Origin: a bacterium
Lineage (GTDB): Bacteria > UBA8248 > JACPRG01 > G963555815
NCBI GenBank assembly: GCA_965249615.1
Contig: CBDFMI010000006.1
Location: forward strand, 444,132-508,131
Length of the DNA stretch: 64,000 nt
Reading direction: 5' to 3'
Part shown: positions 9,832-20,042 of the stretch, piece by piece
Position numbering within the stretch: the stretch's first letter is position 1
Layout of the letters: each line of letters opens with the position of its first letter
Notes under the pieces: model-generated
Told to the model about the DNA's origin: nothing
What the model saw: only the letters and a program-made list of their open reading frames with translations
The model's database searches: none
Made by a program: the position numbers and the translations under genes

Positions 9832-12039
9832 ATGAACCGCTGGTCCTTGCTTCGGCGAGATTTTTTGGGATGGCTGGCGGTTTCGGCAGGTCTGGGCGTA
9901 TTTGAATCGGTCTTGCTGGCCTTCCAAAGACCTAAGATCAACCCCTTCGCGGCCATCGATCTGGTCGCTCTTTCGATTTCTGCCGTCCTTTTCAACTCCC
10001 TGATGGTTCTACCCGTTTCACTCGGTCATTTTTTCTTGTATTGGCGGTTTTCTGGAGGCCACGACCATCAGGCGCAGGGCCGAAACGTCTTTTTATTTCA
10101 CCTCGTCGTGTTCCTCGCGGTTGCGTTCATCATTTTTATTGGCCGAAGGCTCATCCTTACGGTTCCTGCAACTATTCTGATGTCCGCGGGCCTTTGGTTC
10201 GGCCTTAGATATCTTTCGACAAGGATTGTTCGGGCATTTTCAGTAGGTGCCGGTATTTTCCTCTTGGCACTTTTTTCGTATGAGTCCCTCCGCTTGCCGC
10301 TCTATATCACAGACCCCGATTATGAACTATGGAAGTCGGAAGTTACGTTATGGGAGGAGGAAGACCCGCGATGTGAGACGCACCTGCGCTTCTCTACTCT
10401 CAACGGCGACCTGGGGTCCCTCGATTCCAGGAACTGTTCCAATTACTACCTGGAGAAGTTCAGGCAGGTAGAAGCGGAGCACCAATCACTGCCGAACGTT
10501 ATTCTGGTTCTTGTCGATACGCTTCGCCCCGATCACCTGTCCACATACGGCTATCATCGAGAGACATCGCCTTTTATTTCGAAGCTGGCGGCGGAGGGGC
10601 TAAAATTTACCAATTTCTATGCGAACGGTGCGTGGACCCCGCCGACGACTTCAACGCTTCTAACCGGCGTTTTTCCCGCAATCCATGGGATATATGAGCC
10701 TGGCGGGCAAAAGAGGGAGACAGTCAAAGTCATTTCTGAGACTCTCCGTGACTACGGCTATAACACAGCCGCCTTTATCGCGAATCCACTGATTACGAAA
10801 AGCACTGGGTTGCTGGACGGATATGATTATTTCTACCGAAAACCCAGGCCGCCGGTGTCGCGGCCGTCGTTGAGGCTCGCGAGCTTCCCCAGTCCGGAGA
10901 ACCTCCTCATATGGGTGAAGTTTCTGTCTCTGTCAGATAAGGTGGTCCAGGCGTTTCGGGGTTTTGATGGGAAGAAAAACGATCTTTTAGTTCAGATATT
11001 TCCCTTCAGCCGTGAATTAGAGCCAGAAAGACAGGAAAGGATACGGGAGGAATTCCGTTTCCCCCCCGCGGAAGTCGACATGGATAAAGAACTCGACTTC
11101 CCCCGGGCGAATGAAATGGCGAACGCGGTGCTGAATTACGTGGATTACGCCTTGGCAGGTCCTGACTTCGACGTTGTGCAAACGAAATTCTTCCTCTTTC
11201 TCCACGACATGGGTCCCCACGATCCTTATAAGTTGCCCACGCCATATGACGTCCTCTTCGACCCTGGGCGCCAGGATAGGCCGGAGGCCGAAGGGGCAGT
11301 CCGGTTTTTGGATGAGTCGCCGCCTGCGTCAGTTCGGGAGAGATTGGCCCATGATTTGCCGCTGTATGACGGAGCAATCCGTTTCTTCGATGATAATTTT
11401 CAGGTGCTCTTTTCGGAACTCAAGGAACGGGGGCTTTTGGACAATACCCTAGTGATCTTGCTGGCAGATCATGGGGAAGAATTCTATGAGCACGGTGAAA
11501 TTGGACATGGGGAGAAGGTCTTTGAGGAAATTGTCAGGATCCCCCTTGTCTTGTGGTATCCAGGGGAATTGCCCTAAGGGGTCGAGGTGAAGGAGTTCGG
11601 GTCGCAGGTGGATATAATACCCACGATCGTGGATGTTCTGGATCTGCCAGTACCAGAGGGGTTGCAGGGAAAGAGCCTCTTGCCCGCGATATCCGGGAGG
11701 GGGCTAGAGAGGGTTGTGTACGGAGAAAACTTGCGTGGTTCGCAGGATTTATCGTCGGGAGATATGTTGCGATTTTTGATCCATGGCCGATATAAACTCA
11801 TCACCATGGGGACACCTAAGACAGTGCGGGAAAAATTGCTCTTTGACCTCCAGTCGGACCCGCATGAGAAAAACAACATCTGCGGGTCTGAGAAAAAGAT
11901 AGCGGAAGAAATGGAATCGCTGCTAGAGGATTTCATCGCATTGGTGAAGAAGGACCCTAGGTATTCTGAAGACCTAGAGGCCGTTGAAGTGGACCCGGAA
12001 CTGCAGAAGCGTCTAAAGGCTCTCGGATACATTGAATGA
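9832..12039 (+). pseudogene. Tandem paralog of the preceding sulfatase-family gene, interrupted by an in-frame TAA at 11575-11577 (N-terminal fragment 9832..11577; C-terminal fragment from GTG 11587..12039)
   Basis: Same frame on both sides of the stop (ELP*GVEVKEFGSQVDIIPTIV aligns to SLPGGLEVEEPGSQVDLMPTIM of paralog 1); N-terminal DNA ~85% identical to paralog 1; the C-terminal fragment ends ...QKRLKALGYIE. Confidence 0.6.
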
Positions 12040-12129
12040 GGGTTAAAAAGTTCGCGTCGATCCTGGTGAAAAAGCAGGCTCACCTTTGGCCCGCGATCGG
12101 GTTTTTAGTTTGAGAGGACGTGGGTAAGA

Positions 12130-13806
12130 ATGTCCATCTCCAAGGTCGCCCTCCTGGGTCTTGACGGTGCCACCTTCTACCTCCTTCGCCCCTGGATGGA
12201 GGATGGAACGCTCCCCAATCTTGCGAACCTCCAAAAACGGGGAGCCTCTGGGGTCCTTGCCTCCACCGTTCCACCGGTGACACCGACGGCCTGGTCCACG
12301 TGCATCACGGGGGTAAACCCGGGAAAGCACGGGATATTCGATTTTCGAGATTCTCCCCTCCGTCATCCCGACCGCCCCCTTCTGAGTCTATCCTCTATCC
12401 GCGCCCCCCGGCTCTGGCAGCTCCTGAATGGGGTCGGGAAAAAGACCATCATCCTCAATGTCCCCATGACTTATCCACCTGAGGCGGTGGACGGGTGCAT
12501 GGTCTCGGGGATGATGACACCGGGGCCGGAGGCGAACTACACTTATCCCCTGGAACTCAAGGCGGAGATCCGTCGGGAGATCGGAGAGTACCTGCCGGAT
12601 ATCGACCTGCCCAAGTACGACGCCGAGCGTTATGAGGATGCCCTGGCATACCTGGACTTGATACGGAAAAGTTTTTCCCAGCGGGAAAAACTTTTCTTCC
12701 ACCTCATGGAGAACCGGCCCTGGGATTTCTTCATGGGGGTTTTCATCTTGCCCGACCGGCTCCAACACGTCTTCTGGAAATATCTGGACCCTGAGGCCGG
12801 GCTCTACGGGACCGAGATCGCCCAGCGGCTCCGAGGCTCGGTCATTGACTGCTATCGTCTGATGGATGATTTTATCGGGCGCCTCGTGGAGCGGCTTTCC
12901 TCTGATACCCTCCTTCTTATCATGTCGGACCACGGTTTTGGACCCACCCAGGCCTGGATCAACGTGAGCACCTGGCTGGAGCAGCAGGGTCTCCTCAAGA
13001 TGAGGGGCCAGATGGCCCTGCAGCGACGCCTCTTGTACCATGCTGTGGGGCTGAACGAGGTGGGCTGGCTAAAACGCCTTATCCCGCAGTCCCTTCAGGC
13101 CTTCGCCCGAAAACGGGTGCGTCAGACCAAGTCCGCCTTTCGGACCGACGTTCAGGTCACCCTGGACTGGGATCGGACCCAGGCCTTTTTTCCCAGCATT
13201 CCGGCTCAAGGGATCTACATCAATGTGGAGCGGGACGGAGCGGGGATCGTCCCCCCGGGGGAGGCCTACGAGGCCCTGCGCGCTCGGCTTCGCGATTCGT
13301 TGCTGGCCCTGAAGGACCCGGCGACAGGGGAACGGATCGTGGACGCGGTGCAGTATCGAGAAGAGGTCTACCACGGGCCCGAAACCCCCTACGCCCCGGA
13401 CCTGTTCTTCGTCGCCCGAAATTACAGCTACCTGGGCCGGCCGATGTTTGGGGGCCGAGAGGTCATCCGGTCGCGCGTCCAGGTGCCAAACGGCTTTCAC
13501 CGCCCCGACGGGATCTTCATGGCTCATGGACCTCACGTGGCCTCGGGCCGGGCGGTCACTGGCTCCCACATCGCTGACATCACCCCCACCATCCTCTATA
13601 GTCTCGGCCTCCCCGTCCCAAAAGAGATGGACGGAAAGCCTTTGTCGGAGATCTTTGAGGCGGACTTTCGGCCCGAGAAGAAGGGCCAAGAGGTGAGCGC
13701 TACTGAAAGTCCACAGCCGCCTGAGAGGACTCCCTCTGAGGCTTATCGTCCCGAGGAGGCCTCCGCCATCGAGAAACGCCTTCGGGCCCTGGGGTATGAG
13801 GACTGA
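12130..13806 (+). CDS. Alkaline-phosphatase-superfamily enzyme (type I phosphodiesterase/nucleotide pyrophosphatase family), paralog 1
   Basis: N-terminus VALLGLDGATFYLLRPWMEDGTLPNLANL...VPPVTPTAWSTCITGVNPGKHGIFDF; ~558 aa; ends ...IEKRLRALGYED. Confidence 0.8.
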   Translation: MSISKVALLGLDGATFYLLRPWMEDGTLPNLANLQKRGASGVLASTVPPVTPTAWSTCITGVNPGKHGIFDFRDSPLRHPDRPLLSLSSIRAPRLWQLLNGVGKKTIILNVPMTYPPEAVDGCMVSGMMTPGPEANYTYPLELKAEIRREIGEYLPDIDLPKYDAERYEDALAYLDLIRKSFSQREKLFFHLMENRPWDFFMGVFILPDRLQHVFWKYLDPEAGLYGTEIAQRLRGSVIDCYRLMDDFIGRLVERLSSDTLLLIMSDHGFGPTQAWINVSTWLEQQGLLKMRGQMALQRRLLYHAVGLNEVGWLKRLIPQSLQAFARKRVRQTKSAFRTDVQVTLDWDRTQAFFPSIPAQGIYINVERDGAGIVPPGEAYEALRARLRDSLLALKDPATGERIVDAVQYREEVYHGPETPYAPDLFFVARNYSYLGRPMFGGREVIRSRVQVPNGFHRPDGIFMAHGPHVASGRAVTGSHIADITPTILYSLGLPVPKEMDGKPLSEIFEADFRPEKKGQEVSATESPQPPERTPSEAYRPEEASAIEKRLRALGYED

Positions 13807-14878
13807 GATGGCAGGTCTGATGACGAAAGTCTCCCATGCCCTTCGAGGGGGTTGGGGGACCCTTTTGAAGGTCGGGGTGAGTGGACTGCTCATCCTTGTC
13901 CTCATTTGGCAGGTGGATTTCGATCGGCTTTGGGTCGTCGTCCGGGATATGTCCCCCGCCTGGCTCCTCCTGGCGCTCTTCTTCAAGTCGGGAGGGGTAT
14001 TCTCGAGCATCCTTCGGTGGCGAGTGCTTCTGAAGGGACAGGACCTCGCCGTCCCTTTAAAAGTCCTCACCTCCTCCTTTCTCGAAGGCCGTTTCTTCGG
14101 CACCTTCACGCCGAGCACCATCGGCCTTGACGCCTATCGAACGTATGACCTGGCCAAGTATTCCGGCCGAACAGCGGCCTCGGTTTCAGTCACATTGGTG
14201 GATAAGGTGATCGGGCTGTTCTCTCTCTCCTTTCTCGTGGCGGTCACCTCATTTGCCGGCGCCCGGTTTGTTGGAGGGCAAGGGGTCTTCTCCCTTCTCC
14301 TCGTCTTCTGTGTCCCCCTCTCCCTGTCCCTGATCTTTCTCCTTTTTCCGGGGCTCCTTGGCCGACTCGTCGACATCAGGAGGTGGAAATCAGGAGGATG
14401 GGCGGAGAAGATGGGCCGTTTCGTCGAAACCGTCACCGTCTATCGCCACCACCGGATCCTCATTGTTCAGGCGGTCGGGCTCGCTATCTTGGTCCACCTT
14501 GGGACCACGCTCATGTATTACGGGACGGCCCTTTCGGTGCAAGCCCCGGTCAGCCCCTTGGACATCCTCTTCGTTGGGCCCCTGATGATCACGGCGACGG
14601 TCATCCCTCTTTCTGTGGCCGGGATCGGGGTCCGTGAGGGGACCTTTGTCTTCTTCCTCACTCGGGTGGGGATCGAGGCGGAGGCCGCCATCCTTCTCGC
14701 CTTTCTCGGGTTCCTCGTAGGCGAGGTCATCAGCCTTTTCGGAGGCTTCATCTTCCTGTTGCGCTCCCACGCGTATCATCGGCGTGAGGGGGGGGTCGCC
14801 GGGGCCGCGGAAAGCGGCCTGGGCAAAGCCGGGGGTGAGGAAGAGGCCGTGGGGACAAAGAAAGAGATTGGCTCTTGA
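13796..14878 (+). CDS. Flippase-like / lysyl-phosphatidylglycerol-synthase-type transmembrane-domain protein (UPF0104)
   Basis: ~8 TM segments; the LLILVLIWQVDFDRLWVVVRDMSP and GTFTPSTIGLDAYRTYDL pattern is typical of this family; overlaps neighbouring genes, suggesting translational coupling; exact start (13796, 13808 or 13820) uncertain. Confidence 0.65.
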   Translation: MRTEMAGLMTKVSHALRGGWGTLLKVGVSGLLILVLIWQVDFDRLWVVVRDMSPAWLLLALFFKSGGVFSSILRWRVLLKGQDLAVPLKVLTSSFLEGRFFGTFTPSTIGLDAYRTYDLAKYSGRTAASVSVTLVDKVIGLFSLSFLVAVTSFAGARFVGGQGVFSLLLVFCVPLSLSLIFLLFPGLLGRLVDIRRWKSGGWAEKMGRFVETVTVYRHHRILIVQAVGLAILVHLGTTLMYYGTALSVQAPVSPLDILFVGPLMITATVIPLSVAGIGVREGTFVFFLTRVGIEAEAAILLAFLGFLVGEVISLFGGFIFLLRSHAYHRREGGVAGAAESGLGKAGGEEEAVGTKKEIGS

Positions 14879-16551
14879 GACGCCTCCTCATCATCGGCGT
14901 CGACGCCGGCACCCTGGACCTCATCGAGCCGTGGGCCCGAGCGGGTGATCTCCCCCATCTGGCCCGTCTCCTCAGGGAGGGGGCCTATGGGCGAGTCCAG
15001 TCGACCCTCCCCCCCTCCACCTATCCCGCCTGGACCTCCTTCATGACCGGTCAGAACCCCGGGCGGCACGGTCTCGTGGACTTCACCTTGAGGGAGGGAG
15101 GGCGCTATGCCGTCAGATTCGCCAGCTCCCGAGACCGGCAAAGTGCTAGTTTGTGGGGGATCCTCAGTGAGGCCGGCCGAAGAGTCGCCGTCCTCGGCAT
15201 GCCCGCCACATACCCCCCTGAAGCCGTCAACGGCTGTATGGTCAGCGGATTCGACTCCCCCCTAGCATGGCGTCTCAACGAGAGCTTTTTTCATCCTCGA
15301 GGGCTCCACCGGGAGGTCATACAGGAGGCGGGACTCTTCCCGCTCTCGGCCTGCCGGGAGGATCGGATCGGAAAGGGCTGGCACGAGCGGGCCTATCGGG
15401 AGATCCTGAAATCACTGGAGCAAGAAACTCGCGTGGCGGAGTACCTCCTGGGCCGGGAAGCGTGGGATTGCTTCTGCGTCGTCTTCGGCCAGACAGATAC
15501 GGTGTGCCATCATTTCTGGAAATTCTTCGACCCATCCTCTCCCCGATATGACTCAGAGGGGGCGAGGCGCTTTGGAGACGCCATCCGTCAAGTCTATCGG
15601 CGTGTGGATTCAGCCATCGGTTCCCTGCTGCAAAAGGCGCCCGATGACGTCACGGTCCTCATCGTCTCGGACCACGGAGCGGGGGGGGCAGGAAACCAGA
15701 TTATTCATTTAAACGCTTGGCTGGCCGGGGAGGGCCATCTGACCTTTCGAAAGGGGGGGGTGGGCTACCGTGCCCTTTCAGCCCTGAAGACGCTGGGCCT
15801 CGGCTATCTCCCGAGGAGGGTTCAAGAACAGGTCTTTCGTGCGGGCGGGGGCAGGCTGGCAAATGGGCTAGAATCCCGCTTGCGTTTCGGCCAGATCGAA
15901 TGGGCGAAGACCCGGGTCTATTCCGAGGAGCTGGGTTATTTCCCCTCTCTTTGGATCAACCTTCGGGGGAGGGAGCCTCAGGGGACGGTGGAGCCCGGCA
16001 GGGAATATGAGGATCTGAGGGACGAGATCATCAGCCGCTTAGAGGTTCTCAGACACCCCGTCACGGGGAGGCGCCTCGTTGAGCGGGCCGTTCGGCGAGA
16101 GGAGGTTTATTGGGGCCCCTTTGTGGACCGGGTTCCTGACATTCTCCTGGAGCTCGCCCTCGACGAGGGCTATAGCTACTCCTGCCTTCGAAGTCCAGCC
16201 CGCTCCCAGGGCCCCTTCGTTCGCTCTCTCCAGAGAGCGGAGGGGGCCAGGGGCCAGGGGATGAACGGCTCACACCGACCAGAGGGGTTTTTCGTTCTCT
16301 CGGGTGAGGGGGTGCGCCCGGGGAAGTGCCGGTTCACCCCCCATCTCATGGACTTTGCCCCGACGCTTCTCGCCCTTTTGGGGATCACCCCTTCGGTGGG
16401 GATGGACGGTCGGGTCTTGGAAGAAGTCCTGAGCGTCCCTGAGCCTCATCCCGTCCCCGTCGCCGTGGCAGGGGAAGAGACGCCTTCGGCGGCCCAGGGG
16501 TGGGAAGGCACGGCCTTCCGGCGGCTTCGGGACCTTGGATACCTGGAATGA
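14875..16551 (+). CDS. Alkaline-phosphatase-superfamily enzyme (type I phosphodiesterase family), paralog 2
   Basis: TTG start overlapping upstream stop (TTGA); IIGVDAGTLDLIEPW...LPPSTYPAWTSFMTGQNPGRHGLVDF; ends ...FRRLRDLGYLE. Confidence 0.8.
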   Translation: MRRLLIIGVDAGTLDLIEPWARAGDLPHLARLLREGAYGRVQSTLPPSTYPAWTSFMTGQNPGRHGLVDFTLREGGRYAVRFASSRDRQSASLWGILSEAGRRVAVLGMPATYPPEAVNGCMVSGFDSPLAWRLNESFFHPRGLHREVIQEAGLFPLSACREDRIGKGWHERAYREILKSLEQETRVAEYLLGREAWDCFCVVFGQTDTVCHHFWKFFDPSSPRYDSEGARRFGDAIRQVYRRVDSAIGSLLQKAPDDVTVLIVSDHGAGGAGNQIIHLNAWLAGEGHLTFRKGGVGYRALSALKTLGLGYLPRRVQEQVFRAGGGRLANGLESRLRFGQIEWAKTRVYSEELGYFPSLWINLRGREPQGTVEPGREYEDLRDEIISRLEVLRHPVTGRRLVERAVRREEVYWGPFVDRVPDILLELALDEGYSYSCLRSPARSQGPFVRSLQRAEGARGQGMNGSHRPEGFFVLSGEGVRPGKCRFTPHLMDFAPTLLALLGITPSVGMDGRVLEEVLSVPEPHPVPVAVAGEETPSAAQGWEGTAFRRLRDLGYLE

Positions 16552-17768
16552 GTGGAGAGAAAGGATCTCGTCGGAAGGTGGCCATGGTGGCCCCCTGTCC
16601 CTTCCCAAGCGTTCAGGGCTCCCAGATCCTGATCCAGGATCTGGCCGGGGGCCTCGAGAGGAGGGGACACGAGGTCCACGTGGTCACTTACCCCTTCGGG
16701 GGCTCCCGTCCGACCGCTTCCTTGCGGATCCACCGGGCTGCCTGTCCCCTTCGTTATGCCGTGGACCACCCGGGCCCTCATCTCTATAAACCTTTTCTGG
16801 ACCTCTTCGTCTTGAGAGAGCTCCTGCGGGTCATCCGCGGGGAGGGGATTGAGCTCCTCCACGCCCACAGCTATGAGGGGTTGCTCATCTCCCTGCTGGC
16901 CGGAAGGTGGACGGGCATTCCCGTCCTCTATCACAGCCACACCCTCCTCGAGGAGGAGCTCCCCACCTATTTTCGGGCCTCGTGGAAGCGCGCCCTGGCG
17001 CATTGGGTGGGCCGACTGCTGGACCGACAGCTTCCGCGTCGGTCAGACCATTGCATTGCCCTTTGTCAGAGAACCCTTGGGGCCTTTCGGGCCTTGGGGG
17101 TGGCGGCGGATCGCTCTTCCTGCATTCGTCCTCTGATCTTTTCCCCCGCCGATAAAACTCCTTCCAGGGTGGATGTAGAGCGCCATCCCTTCATCCTCTA
17201 TACGGGAAACCTCCACCCGTATCAGGATCTCAATCTCCTGATGGAGGGGTTCGCCGAGGTGGCCTCGAGGCTCTCAGAGGTCCGCCTGGTTATCGCCACC
17301 CATTCTGACCCTTCCCATTACGCCGCCCTGGCAAGGGCCCTGGGGCTGTCGGAGCGGGTCTCCTTTCGCGTGAAACCTCCCTTGGATGAAGAGTGGGGTT
17401 TGATGCGGAGGGCCGACCTCCTCGTCTGTCCGCGCCTTCGGTGCTCCGGCTACCCCATCAAGCTTTTGAACTACCTGGCGGCTGGAAGGCCCATCCTCGT
17501 CAGTGAGGGCTCGGCCGAGGGGATTCGCCATGGCGAGAACGGCTACGTTGTCTCTCGGCCTGAACCGAAAACCCTGGCGGAGGGGGCTATTCAAATCCTT
17601 CAGTCCCCCGCCTTGGCAAAACGGTTGGGCGAAGGGGCGGCCCGGACCTACCGGGAGGAGGTGGCGGAAGAGCGCTCCTTGTCGGCCATCGAGGCCATCT
17701 ACACGCAGTGTCTGGGGGAGGAGGGGAACGCGGCCCTCCTCGCCCACCCGAGGGAAATGGCCTCATGA
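16548..17768 (+). CDS. Glycosyltransferase family 4 (GT-B fold)
   Basis: ATG overlaps the upstream stop (ATGA); VAMVAPCPFPSVQGSQILIQDLAGGLERRGHEVHVV N-terminal GT4 motif; C-terminal GTLHPYQDL...E...E-type block. Confidence 0.8.
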   Translation: MSGEKGSRRKVAMVAPCPFPSVQGSQILIQDLAGGLERRGHEVHVVTYPFGGSRPTASLRIHRAACPLRYAVDHPGPHLYKPFLDLFVLRELLRVIRGEGIELLHAHSYEGLLISLLAGRWTGIPVLYHSHTLLEEELPTYFRASWKRALAHWVGRLLDRQLPRRSDHCIALCQRTLGAFRALGVAADRSSCIRPLIFSPADKTPSRVDVERHPFILYTGNLHPYQDLNLLMEGFAEVASRLSEVRLVIATHSDPSHYAALARALGLSERVSFRVKPPLDEEWGLMRRADLLVCPRLRCSGYPIKLLNYLAAGRPILVSEGSAEGIRHGENGYVVSRPEPKTLAEGAIQILQSPALAKRLGEGAARTYREEVAEERSLSAIEAIYTQCLGEEGNAALLAHPREMAS

Positions 17769-19168
17769 CCAAGGTCTTGATCCTGGGCCTCGATTGCGCA
17801 GACCCTCGCCTGGTCTTTGACCGCTGGCGACAAGAACTTCCGAACCTCAGACAGCTCATGGAGGCCGGCGTCTGGGGCCCTCTTCAGAGCACCATCCCCC
17901 CCATCACGGTCCCAGCCTGGGCCTGCATGATGACGGGGCGGGACCCTGGAGAGCTAGGGATCTATGGGTTCCGAAACCGGACCTCCTATCAGTACGGGGC
18001 CCTGGGGATCACCAGCTCTCTCTCGGTCCAAGAGGAGACCCTGTGGGACATCCTGGGCCGCACCGGCCGGGAGGTGGTGGTCGTCGGGGTCCCTCCTTCA
18101 TATCCTGTGAAGCCCGTCCGGGGCAGCCTCATCTCCTGCTTTCTCACCCCGAACGCCGAGGTCCCTTTCACGCATCCCCCTGAGCTCAAGGAGGAGGTTC
18201 AGCGTCTTGCCGGCGGGTACCTGTTTGACGTGGAGGGATTCCGGACCGACGACAAGCCCCGGCTCCTCCAACAGATCCACGAGATGACAGAAAAACGCTT
18301 TAGGGTCCTGAAACACCTACTCACCCGAAAGCCGTGGGACTTTTTTATGTCGATGGAGATCGGGGTGGACCGCATGCATCACGGCTTTTGGAAATTTCAC
18401 GATGAGGGCCACATCAAGCACCCCCCGCAAAACCCCTATCAGCACGTCATTCTGGACTATTACCGCTATGTGGACAAGGAGATCGGTGAGCTGGTGGAGT
18501 CCGTCGACGAGGACACGGTCATCATCGTCCTCTCTGATCACGGGGTGAAGAGGATGGAGGGGGGGCTGTGCGTCAACGAATGGCTCATGAAGCAGAAATA
18601 TCTGAGCCTCTCCGCCTACCCCAAGGAGCTCACCTCCCTCAGCAAGCTCGATGTGAACTGGGACCGGACCATGGTCTGGGGAGAAGGGGGGTACTATGGC
18701 CGGATCTATCTCAACGTAAAGGGCCGGGAACCCCAGGGGGTCATCGCCCCAAATGACGTGGAGAAGATCCGGGCAGAGCTGAAACAGGGCATGGAAGAGC
18801 TTTCCGACGAATCAGGGCGCCCCCTCGGGACCCGCGTATTCTATCCCGAGGAGGTCTATCAGGAGGTCCGGAGGATCCCGCCCGATCTCATCGTCTATTT
18901 TGGAGACCTGGACTGGCGCTCTGTCGGGACCGTGGGCCATGGCTCGATCCACACCCGAGAGAATGACACGGGCCCTGACGACGCCAACCACGACACCCAC
19001 GGGATATTCATCATGGCGAAGAAGGCGGACCTCAAAGGGGGCGGGACCGGTCTGGGAACCCGCCTCGACGGTCTCAGCCTCTACGACGTGACCCCCACCG
19101 TCCTGGACCTCCTTGGCCTTCCCATCCCACCCTCGATGCACGGGCGAGTGATTTCTCCTAGAGCCTGA
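17765..19168 (+). CDS. Alkaline-phosphatase-superfamily enzyme (type I phosphodiesterase family), paralog 3
   Basis: ATGA overlap with the glycosyltransferase; MTKVLILGLDCADPRLVFDRW...IPPITVPAWACMMTGRDPGELGIYGF; lacks the LGY tail. Confidence 0.8.
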   Translation: MTKVLILGLDCADPRLVFDRWRQELPNLRQLMEAGVWGPLQSTIPPITVPAWACMMTGRDPGELGIYGFRNRTSYQYGALGITSSLSVQEETLWDILGRTGREVVVVGVPPSYPVKPVRGSLISCFLTPNAEVPFTHPPELKEEVQRLAGGYLFDVEGFRTDDKPRLLQQIHEMTEKRFRVLKHLLTRKPWDFFMSMEIGVDRMHHGFWKFHDEGHIKHPPQNPYQHVILDYYRYVDKEIGELVESVDEDTVIIVLSDHGVKRMEGGLCVNEWLMKQKYLSLSAYPKELTSLSKLDVNWDRTMVWGEGGYYGRIYLNVKGREPQGVIAPNDVEKIRAELKQGMEELSDESGRPLGTRVFYPEEVYQEVRRIPPDLIVYFGDLDWRSVGTVGHGSIHTRENDTGPDDANHDTHGIFIMAKKADLKGGGTGLGTRLDGLSLYDVTPTVLDLLGLPIPPSMHGRVISPRA

Positions 19169-19208
19169 TCGGTCCGCCTGTCTGGCTGAAAGAACCGCCA
19201 GAAAAAGC

Positions 19209-19236
19209 TTGACGGGGAAAAATGGGTGTATATACT
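19209..19236 (+). promoter_or_regulatory. Strong sigma70-like promoter element (TTGACG-N16-TATACT), copy 1 of a 30-bp element repeated at 35897
   Basis: cTTGACGgggaaaaatgggtgtaTATACTc; 27/30 nt identical to 35896-35925. Confidence 0.45.
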
Positions 19237-19326
19237 CGTTGTATCGGAAGAGACTGAAGGAGACGGAATTTCAGTCCGAGAGCGGGGCCACGCAATGGAG
19301 CAGAAATGGCCCAGGAGGGGGTGAAC

Positions 19327-20034
19327 ATGGGCGAGCTTTCTTCCACGGCGAAGCGTGCTGTCTCAGCCTACGGCGGGGCCGATCGCTGGCGAAACGCACG
19401 GGCCATCGAGGCTGTGGTCTCGGCCAACGGCTTGGGCTTCCGCTTGAAGTGGCGGCGTCCTGCCCCAAATGCGGACGTCCGGGTGGAGATAGCGGAACCG
19501 GTCGTCAGGATGGATCTCAAAGATAGCGAGGGGCACATCGGCGTGATGGACCGGGGAGACGTGAGGATTGAGACGTCTTCTGGTAAAGTCGTGGCCTCAC
19601 GGCCGAATCCAGAACACCTGTTTCCCTACGGGCGAAGGGCTTTTTGGTGGGATCGGCTCGACCAGATCTACTTCTCAGGGTACGCCTTGTGGAACTACAT
19701 GACGCTTCCGGCCCTGTTGCTCAGGGACGACATCCAATGGGAGGAGCTCAGAGAGGGGAGCCTTCAGGCGCGTTTTCCCAAACATCTTCCAACACATTGC
19801 GAGGTGCAGCAGTTTCATTTCGAGCCGGCCACAGGGCTCCTGCGCCAGCTCGACTACACGGCGGAGGCCTTCGGAAACTGGGCCAAGGCCGCGAACGTGG
19901 TTTTGGAGCACGGCGAATCGGAGGGGATTCCTTATCCTTCACTGCGTCGGGTTACCCCGCGCCGAGGGGACGGCAGCCCGCGCAAGGGGCCGCTCCTCGT
20001 CGGGATCGAATTCCATCGATTCCGGCTCGTCTAG
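19327..20034 (+). CDS. Hypothetical protein
   Basis: GGAGG RBS 7 nt upstream of ATG 19327 (the 19306 ATG lacks an RBS); 235 aa, no recognisable family. Confidence 0.5.
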   Translation: MGELSSTAKRAVSAYGGADRWRNARAIEAVVSANGLGFRLKWRRPAPNADVRVEIAEPVVRMDLKDSEGHIGVMDRGDVRIETSSGKVVASRPNPEHLFPYGRRAFWWDRLDQIYFSGYALWNYMTLPALLLRDDIQWEELREGSLQARFPKHLPTHCEVQQFHFEPATGLLRQLDYTAEAFGNWAKAANVVLEHGESEGIPYPSLRRVTPRRGDGSPRKGPLLVGIEFHRFRLV

Positions 20035-20042
20035 TCCCCAAT

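Noticed and set aside
11575-11577. In-frame stop in sulfatase paralog 2 as a recoded selenocysteine or pyrrolysine codon
   Set aside because: The codon is TAA, not TGA or TAG; the equivalent position in paralog 1 is an ordinary residue.
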